DNA of 64,000 nucleotides, from NCBI GenBank assembly GCA_020627535.1, contig JAHDGU010000001.1, positions 164,670-228,669 of the forward strand, read 5' to 3'. Source of the DNA: Saprospiraceae bacterium. Lineage in GTDB: Bacteria > Bacteroidota > Bacteroidia > Chitinophagales > Saprospiraceae. This document shows, in pieces, positions 33,978 to 45,093 of this stretch. Position numbers and translations under genes: made by a program. Position 1 is the first letter of the stretch; every line of letters starts with the position of its first letter. A model generated the notes under the pieces. The model made no database searches. It was not told the origin of the DNA and saw only the letters and a list, made by a program, of their open reading frames with translations.

Positions 33978-35705
33978 TCAATAGGCAAATATCATTGACT
34001 TGACATCAACCTTCTCTCCATCGATCCAAAGTCCATAGTAGTAAGTACCTGCTCGATTGTAGCCATGCCTAAAAAGGTATTCATTGAGTCCAAGCTTGAG
34101 ATCGAGATAGTCTCGCTTGATCTCTCGACCTGTATGGTCAAATATTCGTAGAAGCGCTTCGTCATGTGGGACTTCTTCTTTGAGAAGTACATTGATGTAA
34201 GTGGCTTCATCAAAGGGGTTAGGAACATTTTGCATCAATTCAATTTTGGACGAAAGTCCTATGAGATCCTCGGTGCTCGTAGTCCTAGCAAATTCCTCTT
34301 GACCAAAGCAACTCTCGACTCCTGCGCTATCCACACTCGCTACACTGATAAATCGTATCCCTCCAGTGCTGAAAGGAAGTAAAACCTCTCGTTCCGTAGT
34401 CTGGATCAATGTGTCCCATTCTGTACCCGTTTGTCTGACACTGACCAAGTAGTTGTCATAGTCTAGACTATCATAGATGCGCAGTAAAATATCAAAATTA
34501 TCCGTCCGGAAAACTTCAAAATCAGGGGTGACCGGAGCACGGCTAATCATGGCAGCTGCATTGGCATTGATCGTAGCATTGCGTCTCAGGTAATTGAAGT
34601 CTACAAAAAAGCTATCCACCATACCGTCTCCATCCAGATCTACACCGGCGACATCTCTGTGCGAATGTTGGCGATCCGTATAGCCGGGTGTGGGATTGGC
34701 ATTGCCGTGCTCATGTGCAGATGTAAATCTGATCGCCGGGAAGCCTCTCCTTCTGAAGGGGATATGATCACCACCACGCCCTGTGCGATCCTCCGCGCTC
34801 ATGATAGAAATATTCATTGGTACCTTGGCCTCGTCGATGAGCATGTCTCCGTACTGCAACTTCACATAGCGCGCCAGTTGCTTGTGGACGGATCCACCAC
34901 CACTAGAGAAAATCCTGACCTGTGTGGAATCAATGAGATTCTCTCCAGGACAAGATGGTGGTGAGCTCGTCGCTCCGCAGATGATGCCACCAATGACATC
35001 ATTGTTCAGAACTGCTTTGATCGGTAAATTGCGCTCTTGAGCATAGAGCGCCATGGCATCTGCTCCGATCAGGCCTTGCTCTTCGCCAGTGGTGCACATA
35101 AATACCATCGTATGCTTGAAGCTCAGTTGACTCATCACACGAGCTAATTCCATGACCAGAGCCGTACCTGTGGCATTATCCTCCACACCTTGCGCTATAC
35201 AGTCTATGTCACAAGGATCCTCACATCGAGAGTCAATATGTCCCTCGATGAGTATGATACCATGCTCTTCTGGCGCATATCCTGGTAGTACTGCAATCAT
35301 ATTGCGATGTGCAGACATACCACAGACGTCGGCATCAAAGTCTACATAGCCTGTAAGCAATCGACCATTCACTCTCCTGGCATAATCGTCAAAGACTGAT
35401 TTGGCCCACCTTCTAGCAGCTCCCATTCCCCAAGTATTGCTCACTGTATCCGCGCCAGTATTTCGGTTGCCAAAACTTGCAATTTCCAAGACGAGCTTCT
35501 TGAGAGTGTCTGCCGATATCTCGTCATTCAACCACTCAGTGATCTCTTGCGGGTCATCGATTCTCATACCTCCGGCATAGTCTTCTGACACGAAGTCTCC
35601 ATCGAGGACTTCGGCCATGATTGGATTTGACAATCGGACATTGGTCTGCGCTGTAAGGGAATTGACCGTGAGAATGAACAGGGTGGAGGCCAATAAGTGT
35701 TTCAT
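33978..35705 (-). CDS. M28-family zinc aminopeptidase with T9SS C-terminal sorting domain
   Basis: A signal peptide is present. The M28 core includes ...HIDSR..., ...DNATG..., ...EEQGLIGA... and ...ND(V/M)IGG.... The C-terminus NVPNPFDEATYINV...YYYGLWIDGEKVDVKSMIF fits the Por secretion tail pattern. Confidence 0.8.
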   Translation of the reverse strand: MKHLLASTLFILTVNSLTAQTNVRLSNPIMAEVLDGDFVSEDYAGGMRIDDPQEITEWLNDEISADTLKKLVLEIASFGNRNTGADTVSNTWGMGAARRWAKSVFDDYARRVNGRLLTGYVDFDADVCGMSAHRNMIAVLPGYAPEEHGIILIEGHIDSRCEDPCDIDCIAQGVEDNATGTALVMELARVMSQLSFKHTMVFMCTTGEEQGLIGADAMALYAQERNLPIKAVLNNDVIGGIICGATSSPPSCPGENLIDSTQVRIFSSGGGSVHKQLARYVKLQYGDMLIDEAKVPMNISIMSAEDRTGRGGDHIPFRRRGFPAIRFTSAHEHGNANPTPGYTDRQHSHRDVAGVDLDGDGMVDSFFVDFNYLRRNATINANAAAMISRAPVTPDFEVFRTDNFDILLRIYDSLDYDNYLVSVRQTGTEWDTLIQTTEREVLLPFSTGGIRFISVASVDSAGVESCFGQEEFARTTSTEDLIGLSSKIELMQNVPNPFDEATYINVLLKEEVPHDEALLRIFDHTGREIKRDYLDLKLGLNEYLFRHGYNRAGTYYYGLWIDGEKVDVKSMIFAY

Positions 35706-35740
35706 GATTGCAATAGCTTTGAGCTCGTAAGTATAGTGCT

Positions 35741-36643
35741 GTGAATCTAAAGAAATCTGTCGGAATTTGGCTATCTGCCTTGAGACTGAGGACGATACCT
35801 CTTGCGATCAGTAGCATTCTGATGGGTAGTTTTCTCGCTGCGCGAACTGGAGATTTTCGCTGGGATGTGATGATCCTGGCTTGCCTGACCGCGATCTTAC
35901 TGCAATTGCTCTCAAATCTCGCCAATGACTATGGAGATAGCATTCACGGTGCGGATAGCGACTTGCGAAAAGGACCATCACGTGCTGTCCAATCAGGCAT
36001 GATCACGGCAGATCGTATGAAAAGAGCAATCTACCTCTTTGCTGCACTGGCGCTCGTCAGTGGTGTGACATTAGTAATCATGGCATCCATTACGGTGAAG
36101 ATGAAGCTCCTTTTCCTTGGGCTCGGTTTAGTTGCTATCGCGGCTGCCTACTACTACACCAATGGGGCTCGACCATACGGATACGCTGGGCTAGGAGATA
36201 TCAGTGTTTTCTTATTTTTTGGACTATTGGGAGTGATGGGTAGTTACTATTTGCACACTGCACGATGGGATCAGGCAGTGATCTTGCCAGCCGTCTCAGT
36301 AGCAGCTTTCTCTGTCGGTGTGCTCAATGTGAATAACATCCGAGATATGATCTCCGATCAGAAAGCTGGGAAGTACAGTGTACCCGTCAGACTAGGCTAT
36401 ACTGGAGCGCGAGTCTATCACTCACTCCTCATATTGACAGGTATATTGGCGGCGATGATCTATAGTGGTGCTGCACAAGGCGTCTGGACTACGTACCTGT
36501 ACGCTGCTCTTTTACCGATATTTTTTCTGCATCTGCGTGCCATTTGGTCGAAAGACCGTGAACAGCTAGATCCACAGCTCAAGCAGCTCGCCTTGCTGAC
36601 TTTCAGTTTTGTCATCTTATTTGGTGTAGGGCTATTAGTCTAG
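35741..36643 (+). CDS. menA: 1,4-dihydroxy-2-naphthoate polyprenyltransferase (UbiA superfamily)
   Basis: The UbiA motif NLANDYGDSIHGADSD is present, with 8-9 transmembrane helices. Confidence 0.85.
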   Translation: MNLKKSVGIWLSALRLRTIPLAISSILMGSFLAARTGDFRWDVMILACLTAILLQLLSNLANDYGDSIHGADSDLRKGPSRAVQSGMITADRMKRAIYLFAALALVSGVTLVIMASITVKMKLLFLGLGLVAIAAAYYYTNGARPYGYAGLGDISVFLFFGLLGVMGSYYLHTARWDQAVILPAVSVAAFSVGVLNVNNIRDMISDQKAGKYSVPVRLGYTGARVYHSLLILTGILAAMIYSGAAQGVWTTYLYAALLPIFFLHLRAIWSKDREQLDPQLKQLALLTFSFVILFGVGLLV

Positions 36644-37845
36644 CCCTTTGTGACTGCAGTGTAGATATACACTCCACAAAATGCTATGCCTGTCACAATG
36701 ATACCCGTGATAAAAATAGTATAGCAGATCCGTAGTCTTGAATACTTGAAGCCAAGACTCTTGCCCAGATAAAATAGATCCATCAAGGCGGCATTGTCCA
36801 AAACGACGTTGTCCTCAAAGATGGAGAGCATACCTTCCTTGAATTTGTTGTAGTCCATACGGAAGAAGTTGCCAAAGAAGAATAGATTGAGATTTTTTTG
36901 TGCCTCTTTAGATATCTCTGATCGCCCTGTCATGGCGATGGGTCGAGTGACCATCGTAGCATAAAACATGGTCGTCAAGCAAGTGAGGGTCAAGGGTATG
37001 ATGCCAAAGAGCAACAGGCTGTTTTCATTGACATCATCTGCCAATATCGGTAGTGCCACCGATAAGATGATGGCATTGATACTGAGCATGATATTTGCCT
37101 TGTTGTCTGCGATGGCGGTAAGATCAATCTGATTGCGCATCGTAGTCTTGAACATCATCTGAGCGCTCTTCTTGTCAAGAATGGCATCTACATCTGTGGC
37201 AGGTTTTTTCGCCATTTTCTTCTTCTTTTTTTTCTTTTTACTGCTGCCATCAAGTTGAGCCTCTTGATTTTGGATCTTGAGCAAGTGCTCGGCCTTTGAA
37301 GGATTGTAGATTTCTTGCGCTGAACGGGTGTAATACTTGTGTCCGAGGAGAAAATTAAGATTAAGCTCTCGCCATCCTTCATCGGTAAACTGATGACCGA
37401 GTGCCGACCACTCTTCGCGGAGGCGATGATTGCATGGGCCAAATCTCTCTGTGCCCAGATGGGACAGGTCAGCATCACACATGATCTGAGATAGGTGATC
37501 TTCCGGCTCTTTGCCCATGCGTGTTGATTCTATGATCTTATGGATCTGCGGTAGTATTGCTGCTTCCAAATGGTGTGACTTGACATAGGCGGTTAAAATA
37601 TTTTTGCTATGTGTCTCGTGATCTTCTGCCTGTACCGTAAATCCTGTGTCATGAAAGAGCACAGCTAGCTCCAGGAGCCTGAGCTGGTCTTCCTGAAGCC
37701 CTTCTTTGGCCGCCAGATTTCTGGCAGCCTCCAGCACATTGGCAGTGTGTCGCCAGTCGTGATAGATGATCGCAGGATCAAGTTGATCACTCAAAAGCTT
37801 TTTGACGTAAGTCTCGGCTTGGGATATGTCCTGCCTTGTCAGCAT
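36640..37845 (-). CDS. HD-domain phosphohydrolase fused through a poly-Lys linker to a C-terminal multi-pass membrane domain
   Basis: The N-terminal HD motif is ...IYHDWRHTANVLEAAR...LAVLFHDTGF.... It is followed by SSKKKKKKKKMAKK and then 3-4 transmembrane helices (IMLSINAIILSVALPIL, LLLFGIIPLTLTCLTTMFYATMV, ICYTIFITGIIVTGIAFCGVYIY). Confidence 0.7.
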   Translation of the reverse strand: MLTRQDISQAETYVKKLLSDQLDPAIIYHDWRHTANVLEAARNLAAKEGLQEDQLRLLELAVLFHDTGFTVQAEDHETHSKNILTAYVKSHHLEAAILPQIHKIIESTRMGKEPEDHLSQIMCDADLSHLGTERFGPCNHRLREEWSALGHQFTDEGWRELNLNFLLGHKYYTRSAQEIYNPSKAEHLLKIQNQEAQLDGSSKKKKKKKKMAKKPATDVDAILDKKSAQMMFKTTMRNQIDLTAIADNKANIMLSINAIILSVALPILADDVNENSLLLFGIIPLTLTCLTTMFYATMVTRPIAMTGRSEISKEAQKNLNLFFFGNFFRMDYNKFKEGMLSIFEDNVVLDNAALMDLFYLGKSLGFKYSRLRICYTIFITGIIVTGIAFCGVYIYTAVTKG

Positions 37846-37903
37846 AGTAGAATAAAGTTAGCTCGTCTGCACTTCACTTCAACAATCTGGCCATACAAGC
37901 ATT

Positions 37904-38422
37904 GTGATAGCTAAAAGTGCCTGCCCTATGATTGAGATTACAAAGAAGTCTGGTATCTATCAGTTGGTTTCGCGTCAAGCTCTCGCGGCTAGTAGAGAAG
38001 AACTTTGGGACTTTTTATCGGATCCGGGAAATCTCAAGGTCATCACACCTGAGCACATGAACTTTGAGATCACCACTGACCCTATAGATCGTGTCTATCC
38101 AGGTGTGATGATCAGTTATCGTGTGAGCCCTCTTCCTGGTCTGAGGACCAACTGGGTCACGGAGATTACCCATGTTCAAGAGGGGCAGTACTTCGTTGAT
38201 GAGCAAAGAGTAGGGCCGTACGTCATGTGGCATCACGAGCATCATATCCTCGAGGAGGATGGCCAGATGTGGATGCATGACATTGTTACCTACAAACTTC
38301 CTATGGGTGCCTTAGGTAATCTTGTTGGAGGTGGATTCGTACAAGGACAACTCCGTCAGGTCTTTCAATACAGAGAGGACCAACTCGAAAAAATATTCAA
38401 CCAAAGAGAGGTGCTAGTCTGA
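37904..38422 (+). CDS. SRPBCC (START / polyketide-cyclase-like) family protein
   Basis: The 172-aa product has the pattern ...WDFLSDPGNL...W...HEHHILEEDG..., typical of SRPBCC ligand-binding proteins. Confidence 0.55.
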   Translation: MIAKSACPMIEITKKSGIYQLVSRQALAASREELWDFLSDPGNLKVITPEHMNFEITTDPIDRVYPGVMISYRVSPLPGLRTNWVTEITHVQEGQYFVDEQRVGPYVMWHHEHHILEEDGQMWMHDIVTYKLPMGALGNLVGGGFVQGQLRQVFQYREDQLEKIFNQREVLV

Positions 38423-38477
38423 GACTCAGTAGTCTTGCTTCTTCGCGAATGGAAGATGTATCGGAGCTCTAGACTTA

Positions 38478-38642
38478 GATTTTATTCGTCGCGACCACGA
38501 AGTAGGTCAGGACAAAGGGTAGTGGTACCCAAAACCATTCTGGCTTGGTAAATAGAAGCCATAAAGTGATTACAAGACTGACCAAAAAGATGACCCAAGG
38601 GATGAGGGTAGATTTGTTTTCTTCTTGCTGTGTACTTGACAT
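38478..38642 (-). CDS. Possible small (54 aa) two-transmembrane-helix membrane protein
   Basis: I translated this myself: MSSTQQEENKSTLIPWVIFLVSLVITLWLLFTKPEWFWVPLPFVLTYFVVATNKI. It is in a different frame from the listed 70-aa ORF (38482..38694), which looks spurious. Confidence 0.25.
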
Positions 38643-38680
38643 GTGTCTGCGTGTTAAGATCTGAGTGCAAAAGTAAGCTT

Positions 38681-39136
38681 TCAGTCCTGATCATCTGGAG
38701 ATATCATATCATGATCTTCGAACATATCATCTTTGAAATCTGATATCGTTCGACGTTCACGCTTGGTTGGCCTTCCGGCTCCTTTCTCCCTGATCTCGGA
38801 TCTGCCTTTACCGACAAACCAGCTCTCATATTTGTTCAATTCTTCTGCGGAGGTAAGGTCGGTGTAGCACTCTTGAGCGAGTGGGGCAGAGACGCGCTTG
38901 GCGATGAGCTTATCCACTTGGATCTCATAGGTAAAGCCATTCTTTTTGACATAGAGTAGATCACCGACTTGTATGAGGTATGAAGGTCTCAAGATCTTGT
39001 CCCCGAGGATCACCTTGTTGGATTTGCAGGCATCTGATGCGATAGATCTTGACTTGAAGATTCTCACGCTCCAGAGCCACTTGTCGACGCGCAATTTTTC
39101 GATCATGACGGAAGCTCCATATCTACGATCGGCCAA
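38681..39136 (-). CDS. S4-domain RNA-binding protein (Hsp15/HslR-like ribosome-associated heat-shock protein)
   Basis: The S4 motif (M)IEKLRVDKWLWSVRIFKSRSIASDACKSNKVILG is present. The basic and acidic C-terminal tail is consistent with this family. Confidence 0.65.
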   Translation of the reverse strand: MADRRYGASVMIEKLRVDKWLWSVRIFKSRSIASDACKSNKVILGDKILRPSYLIQVGDLLYVKKNGFTYEIQVDKLIAKRVSAPLAQECYTDLTSAEELNKYESWFVGKGRSEIREKGAGRPTKRERRTISDFKDDMFEDHDMISPDDQD

Positions 39137-39873
39137 TCTTGAGGTAAAGCTTCCATGGCCTCCAGGACCTTGCTTGCGATGAAGTAATTCCTATACCATC
39201 TCTGGTCTACAGGGGCGATGATCCATGGGATCTCGCTGCGATTGATGGCATCTTCGTAGCACCGGCGATACTCGTTCCAGTGCTTTCTTGCTTCCCAGTC
39301 ACCGACATTGTGTTTCCAGTTTTTTCGCTGCATATCGATGCGCTCTTGGAGCTTTTCTTGTTGGCGCTCTTTGGAAAGGTGTAGATAAAATTTGAGCACG
39401 ATGGTATTTGCGTCTTCTGAGATGAGTCGCTCCCAATCATTGATCGCTCTGATACGACGGAGCGCTTTCTCTTCACTGATCCATCCATGCACCCGCTGGA
39501 TCAACACGTCTTCATAGTGCGATCGTACGAAGATCTTGATCTGCCCCTTACCTGGTGCATTTTTGTGGATGCGCCACAGGAAGTCATGGGCAAACTCTTC
39601 ATCTGTGGGCTTTTTATAGCCTACGGCCGATGCGATCGACGGACTTACTTTCCGAAAGACCTTCTCGGTGGCTCCATCTTTTCCGCTGCTATCCATACCT
39701 TGGAAGACAACCAGTATACTGTGTTCTTTTCTTGCAGCGAGTATCTCCGAGAGCTCAGCGATACGATCTGTGATCCGGTCGAGTTCTATGCTCGCGGTCT
39801 TCTTGTCGAGACCTTCTGGAGCTCGTGTGGATATTTCTGAGAGTTTGATCATGATGTGAGCGCTTTCGCGCAA
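39103..39873 (-). CDS. Polyphosphate kinase 2 (PPK2) family protein
   Basis: The Walker A motif FQGMDSSGKDG and the PPK2 lid motifs (FVRSHYEDVLIQRV...) are present. Length is 256 aa. Confidence 0.85.
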   Translation of the reverse strand: MRESAHIMIKLSEISTRAPEGLDKKTASIELDRITDRIAELSEILAARKEHSILVVFQGMDSSGKDGATEKVFRKVSPSIASAVGYKKPTDEEFAHDFLWRIHKNAPGKGQIKIFVRSHYEDVLIQRVHGWISEEKALRRIRAINDWERLISEDANTIVLKFYLHLSKERQQEKLQERIDMQRKNWKHNVGDWEARKHWNEYRRCYEDAINRSEIPWIIAPVDQRWYRNYFIASKVLEAMEALPQDWPIVDMELPS

Positions 39874-39891
39874 AAGTAACGCTTGATCAGA

Positions 39892-40821
39892 CTATGTTGC
39901 CATCCTGGAACGCTTGACCAAATAGGCTTGCAAGACTTGGTCAAATCCTCGATTGATATCGCAATCCACAAAGTCAATCCGATATTGCAGACACTTGGCT
40001 TTGATCGCATCGAGATAGCCGCTGACTTGTGTCTGGTAGTATTCTTGGATCTGGTTGGCCTGGAGCCTCACCTTGTCCCCAGATTCCAAATCTATCAGCT
40101 CGTAGGGGCGATTCTCAAATTCAAAGTCAAGCTCTAGCTTTTTGTCTGCCACATGAAATACGACGACTTCGTGTTTGTTGTACTTCAGGTGTTGTAGCGC
40201 AGCAAAGAGATTTTCGAGCTCGTAGTTGTCTTGGAACATGTCACTGAAGATCATGACGAGAGATCTCTTGTGCACAGTCTCAGCGATTTGATGCAGTGCC
40301 TCAGCCACACCACTTTTCTTGTTCTCTTGCATTTGCATCACATATTTCTCGATGTGACTCAAAAGAAGACGGTAGTGCGCTGTGCTCGATTTGCACCGCG
40401 TATTGATATGTACTTCCTCATCAAAGAGACTGAGTCCAAAGGCATCTCTTTGTCTGCGAAGCAAATTCATCAATGAAGCAATGGCCAATGCCGAAAATCT
40501 GAGCTTATTGATTTCTGTGTAAGCATCAGATTTGGGAACAGGGAAGTTCATGGAGGAGGAGATGTCTAGGAGCATCTGACAGCGCAGATTGGTCTCTTCC
40601 TCAAACTTCTTGACAAACAACTTGTCCGTACGAGCATAGACCTTCCAGTCGACATTCTTCGTGCTGTCACCTGGATTGTACAGACGGTGCTCAGCAAATT
40701 CTACACTGAATCCATGAAACGGACTTTTGTGGAGTCCAATGATAAATCCCTCAACTACCTGCTTGGCGAGTAGCTCGAGATTATTAAGATTGCGGAGTTC
40801 GTGTTGATCAAAAAAACTCAT
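39892..40821 (-). CDS. DUF58 (vWA-like, MoxR-associated) family protein
   Basis: The DUF58 signature LAKQVVEGFIIGLHKSPFHGFSVEFAEHRLYNPGDSTKNVDWKVYART is present. No MoxR ATPase gene is adjacent. Confidence 0.8.
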   Translation of the reverse strand: MSFFDQHELRNLNNLELLAKQVVEGFIIGLHKSPFHGFSVEFAEHRLYNPGDSTKNVDWKVYARTDKLFVKKFEEETNLRCQMLLDISSSMNFPVPKSDAYTEINKLRFSALAIASLMNLLRRQRDAFGLSLFDEEVHINTRCKSSTAHYRLLLSHIEKYVMQMQENKKSGVAEALHQIAETVHKRSLVMIFSDMFQDNYELENLFAALQHLKYNKHEVVVFHVADKKLELDFEFENRPYELIDLESGDKVRLQANQIQEYYQTQVSGYLDAIKAKCLQYRIDFVDCDINRGFDQVLQAYLVKRSRMAT

Positions 40822-40842
40822 AGATGCTAAAACAACGCAGGA

Positions 40843-40875
40843 GAACCAAGTAGATTATGGTTCTCCTGCGAGACT
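40843..40875 (-). terminator. Rho-independent terminator downstream of trxA
   Basis: A perfect 11-bp stem GCAGGAGAACC...GGTTCTCCTGC has an 11-nt loop. A T-rich tract follows on the minus strand (TTGTTTTAG). Confidence 0.55.
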
Positions 40876-40898
40876 TATTGGCTAAAATAAGTATTCTC

Positions 40899-41219
40899 TT
40901 AGTTGAGTAGGGCGTCGATTTTGCTCGCAAGAGCTTGCTTGCTGGCTGTGCCGACATGCTTGTCCACGACCTCTCCACCTTTCATAAAGAGGATGGTAGG
41001 TATGCTTCTCACACCAAACTGGAGTGATACTTCTGGATTGTGGTCCACATTGACTTTCCCAATGAGTGCTTTCCCTTCGTATTCTGTTGCTAGCTCTTCG
41101 ATGATGGGGCTGATCATTCTGCATGGTCCACACCACTCTGCCCAAAAATCAACGACTGCGACGCCTTCAGTCTCGACTGCTGATTCTTTAAAGTTTGCGT
41201 CTGTAAATTCAAATGCCAT
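40899..41219 (-). CDS. trxA: Thioredoxin
   Basis: The WCGPC active site is present. Length is 106 aa. Confidence 0.95.
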   Translation of the reverse strand: MAFEFTDANFKESAVETEGVAVVDFWAEWCGPCRMISPIIEELATEYEGKALIGKVNVDHNPEVSLQFGVRSIPTILFMKGGEVVDKHVGTASKQALASKIDALLN

Positions 41220-41310
41220 GATGCTTCTTTTGTAGTAATAAATTCAATCTCTATAACTCCAAACAAAGATATAGGTTCCACAAGAGCCTCGACATCGTGA
41301 CATTTGTCTT

Positions 41311-42381
41311 GTGAACGATGTACTGAGATTAATGAAATCTTATCATGGGGTGGTTTTGGCTGCCTTGGTGCTCGCAATATCATCGCTGATAGGACAGGAG
41401 TCTGCCTTGGTTGAGCGATATTATAGTCGAGGATTTTACCTGTATTTGCGTAGGCTATATGATCTGATTGATCCAGTCTTAGTGGTTCCGGGAATCTTGA
41501 TCGCGATTGTGCTGGTCATCATAGTCCCACTATGGCGGGCTTTCGCCCAAAAACGCTCTTGGAAAAGCAAGCTCAAAACGATCGTCAACATCATTGGCTG
41601 GATTGTTTTCCTTTTTTACCTGCTGTGGGGATTTAACTATCAGCGCATCCCATATGTCAAGCAGACCAATCTTGGAATTGTTACACCTAGCGACAGTCTT
41701 CTCCGTGCTGAAGTAGTAGAGACAGTGATGACATTGACTGAATTGCGACACAGAAAGGTGTGGTCGAGAGATTCTGCCATCAATCTGTCCGCTCTTCAAG
41801 GTCTCTTGTCTGATGAGATGGGAGTCTATCTATCTTCCGTAGATTATCCAACAAATTTTGATGTACGAGTCCGGGTATGGAAGCTCAAGGGCTTGCTACT
41901 TAGATTCAGTACGGCAGGAATCTACATCCCTCACAGCTTGGAGGGGAATGTAGATGGTGGCTTACACCCTTTGCAATTGCCATTCACAGGTTCTCATGAG
42001 ATGGTTCATGCCTTTGGCATCACGCATGAAGGAGTCGCCAATCTCTGCGCATACATGGCTTGCTCCAAATCTGAAAATATCTATGTGCGCTACTGTGCCG
42101 AATTGGCATACTTCAGATATCTCCTGACAGATCTCAGACGAAGTGATCAGGCGGCCTGGGAGGAAGTATGGGCGGGGCTAGACCCTCTGATTGTGAAGGA
42201 TCTTCAAGACATCCGACAGCAAATGGATAAATATCCAGATTTCATACCCAAGATCAGGAACAAGGTCTACGACAGTTATCTCAAGCAGCATGGAATGGCA
42301 GATGGCCTGAAGAGCTATAGCCAGATGGTCAAACTTGTCATGAGTGAGAAAGCACGAGCTTCAACCCATTTCGTCCATTAG
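41311..42381 (+). CDS. DUF3810-like membrane protein with an HExxH motif (putative zinc metallopeptidase)
   Basis: N-terminal transmembrane segments are followed by the motif FTGSHEMVHAFGITHEG. Confidence 0.55.
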   Translation: MNDVLRLMKSYHGVVLAALVLAISSLIGQESALVERYYSRGFYLYLRRLYDLIDPVLVVPGILIAIVLVIIVPLWRAFAQKRSWKSKLKTIVNIIGWIVFLFYLLWGFNYQRIPYVKQTNLGIVTPSDSLLRAEVVETVMTLTELRHRKVWSRDSAINLSALQGLLSDEMGVYLSSVDYPTNFDVRVRVWKLKGLLLRFSTAGIYIPHSLEGNVDGGLHPLQLPFTGSHEMVHAFGITHEGVANLCAYMACSKSENIYVRYCAELAYFRYLLTDLRRSDQAAWEEVWAGLDPLIVKDLQDIRQQMDKYPDFIPKIRNKVYDSYLKQHGMADGLKSYSQMVKLVMSEKARASTHFVH

Positions 42382-42635
42382 GACTTATGTGCTCGGATTG
42401 AGCATTCTATTTGTAATTTTTACTTAGGGTAAAATTGATACTTTCCTTTCAAGAAACTGCGGTTTTGGGTTGACTGTGTCAGGTTCTTCGCGCATTGCGT
42501 ATTTCTGCTTCACAATCAAGCACTTCCTCTCCTCGCCATAGATTGCTATGCCTCATCGACTAAGCAGCTGATTCTTTTGCAAGAATCCACTATCCATCGA
42601 AGCCCAATGCAGGAATTGGGTTTAACCAACCAAAA

Positions 42636-42672
42636 AAGCCTGTCTCTCATTGAGAAACAGGCTTTCTAATTT
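42636..42672 (-). terminator. Rho-independent terminator downstream of groEL
   Basis: The hairpin GCCTGTCTC...GAGAAACAGGC is flanked by A/T runs (AAAAAAGCCTG...GGCTTTCTAATTTC), immediately 3' of the groEL stop. Confidence 0.5.
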
Positions 42673-42697
42673 CTAGTTGTCTTGACTTGATGATTGA

Positions 42698-44389
<1,692 letters not shown>

Positions 44390-44659
44390 CTACTCAATGA
44401 TGACGAGGATGTCATCTTCTCTCATGATGAGATAGTCAGCACCTTCGTAATTGAGCTCTTGTCCGCTGTACTTTCCGTAGAGTACGACGTCACCGACATT
44501 TACTGTCATCAGATTGCCGTCTTTTCCAGGTCCCACTGCGATGACCTCACCTCTTTGAGGCTTTTCTTTAGCCGTGTCAGGGATGATGATTCCACCTGCT
44601 GTCTTCTCGTCTGCAGCTGCTGGCTTGACGACGACGCGGTCATTGATTGGTTTGAGCAT
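44390..44659 (-). CDS. groES: Co-chaperonin GroES
   Basis: The 89-aa product reads [13 protein letters not shown]...[13 protein letters not shown]. It lies upstream of groEL on the same strand. Confidence 0.95.
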   Translation of the reverse strand: MLKPINDRVVVKPAAADEKTAGGIIIPDTAKEKPQRGEVIAVGPGKDGNLMTVNVGDVVLYGKYSGQELNYEGADYLIMREDDILVIIE

Positions 44660-44857
44660 ATTTCCTTTGATTTTGTGTTAGTTAAAATTGGATATGCCTG
44701 CAAGATCATACTCCGTGCCAAGGCATGTTCCATGACATTATTTCCGATCATCAATGACACATGATTCCATTGAGACTCACTTGTCAGCTTTCACTGGACA
44801 ATCTGTCATTGATGGCCTCCGCATTTTGGCGAAAGCCTAGAAATAAAATGAATGATA

Positions 44858-45091
44858 CTAGGACGCGACCACGTGTGTCGTCACGATACAGAGCGCAAAT
44901 AGAAGGACTGCTAGTCCCCAAGTGACCTTTTCGATGAAGTCCGTGCTTCTTGATGCCCCAAACATCTGGTTGGCGCCTTGACCACCGAAAGTTGAATCGA
45001 TACCACCTCCCTTAGGATTTTGGATCAATACGGCTAGAATCAACAAGATGCTGATGAGTGCGATGAGTATGGTAAGTACAGTAATGCCCAT
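44858..45091 (-). CDS. secG: Preprotein translocase subunit SecG
   Basis: The 77-aa product has two transmembrane segments and reads LLILAVLIQNPKGGG...FGGQGANQMFG. Confidence 0.85.
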   Translation of the reverse strand: MGITVLTILIALISILLILAVLIQNPKGGGIDSTFGGQGANQMFGASRSTDFIEKVTWGLAVLLFALCIVTTHVVAS

Positions 45092-45093
45092 GA

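Noticed and set aside
38482-38694. Listed 70-aa minus-strand ORF
   Set aside because: Its translation has no features. A different frame in the same place gives a more plausible 54-aa two-helix membrane peptide, itself only low confidence.
44660-44857. CIRCE (HrcA) operator upstream of groES
   Set aside because: I looked for TTAGCACTC-N9-GAGTGCTAA on both strands and found no match. I also saw no other recognisable heat-shock promoter element.
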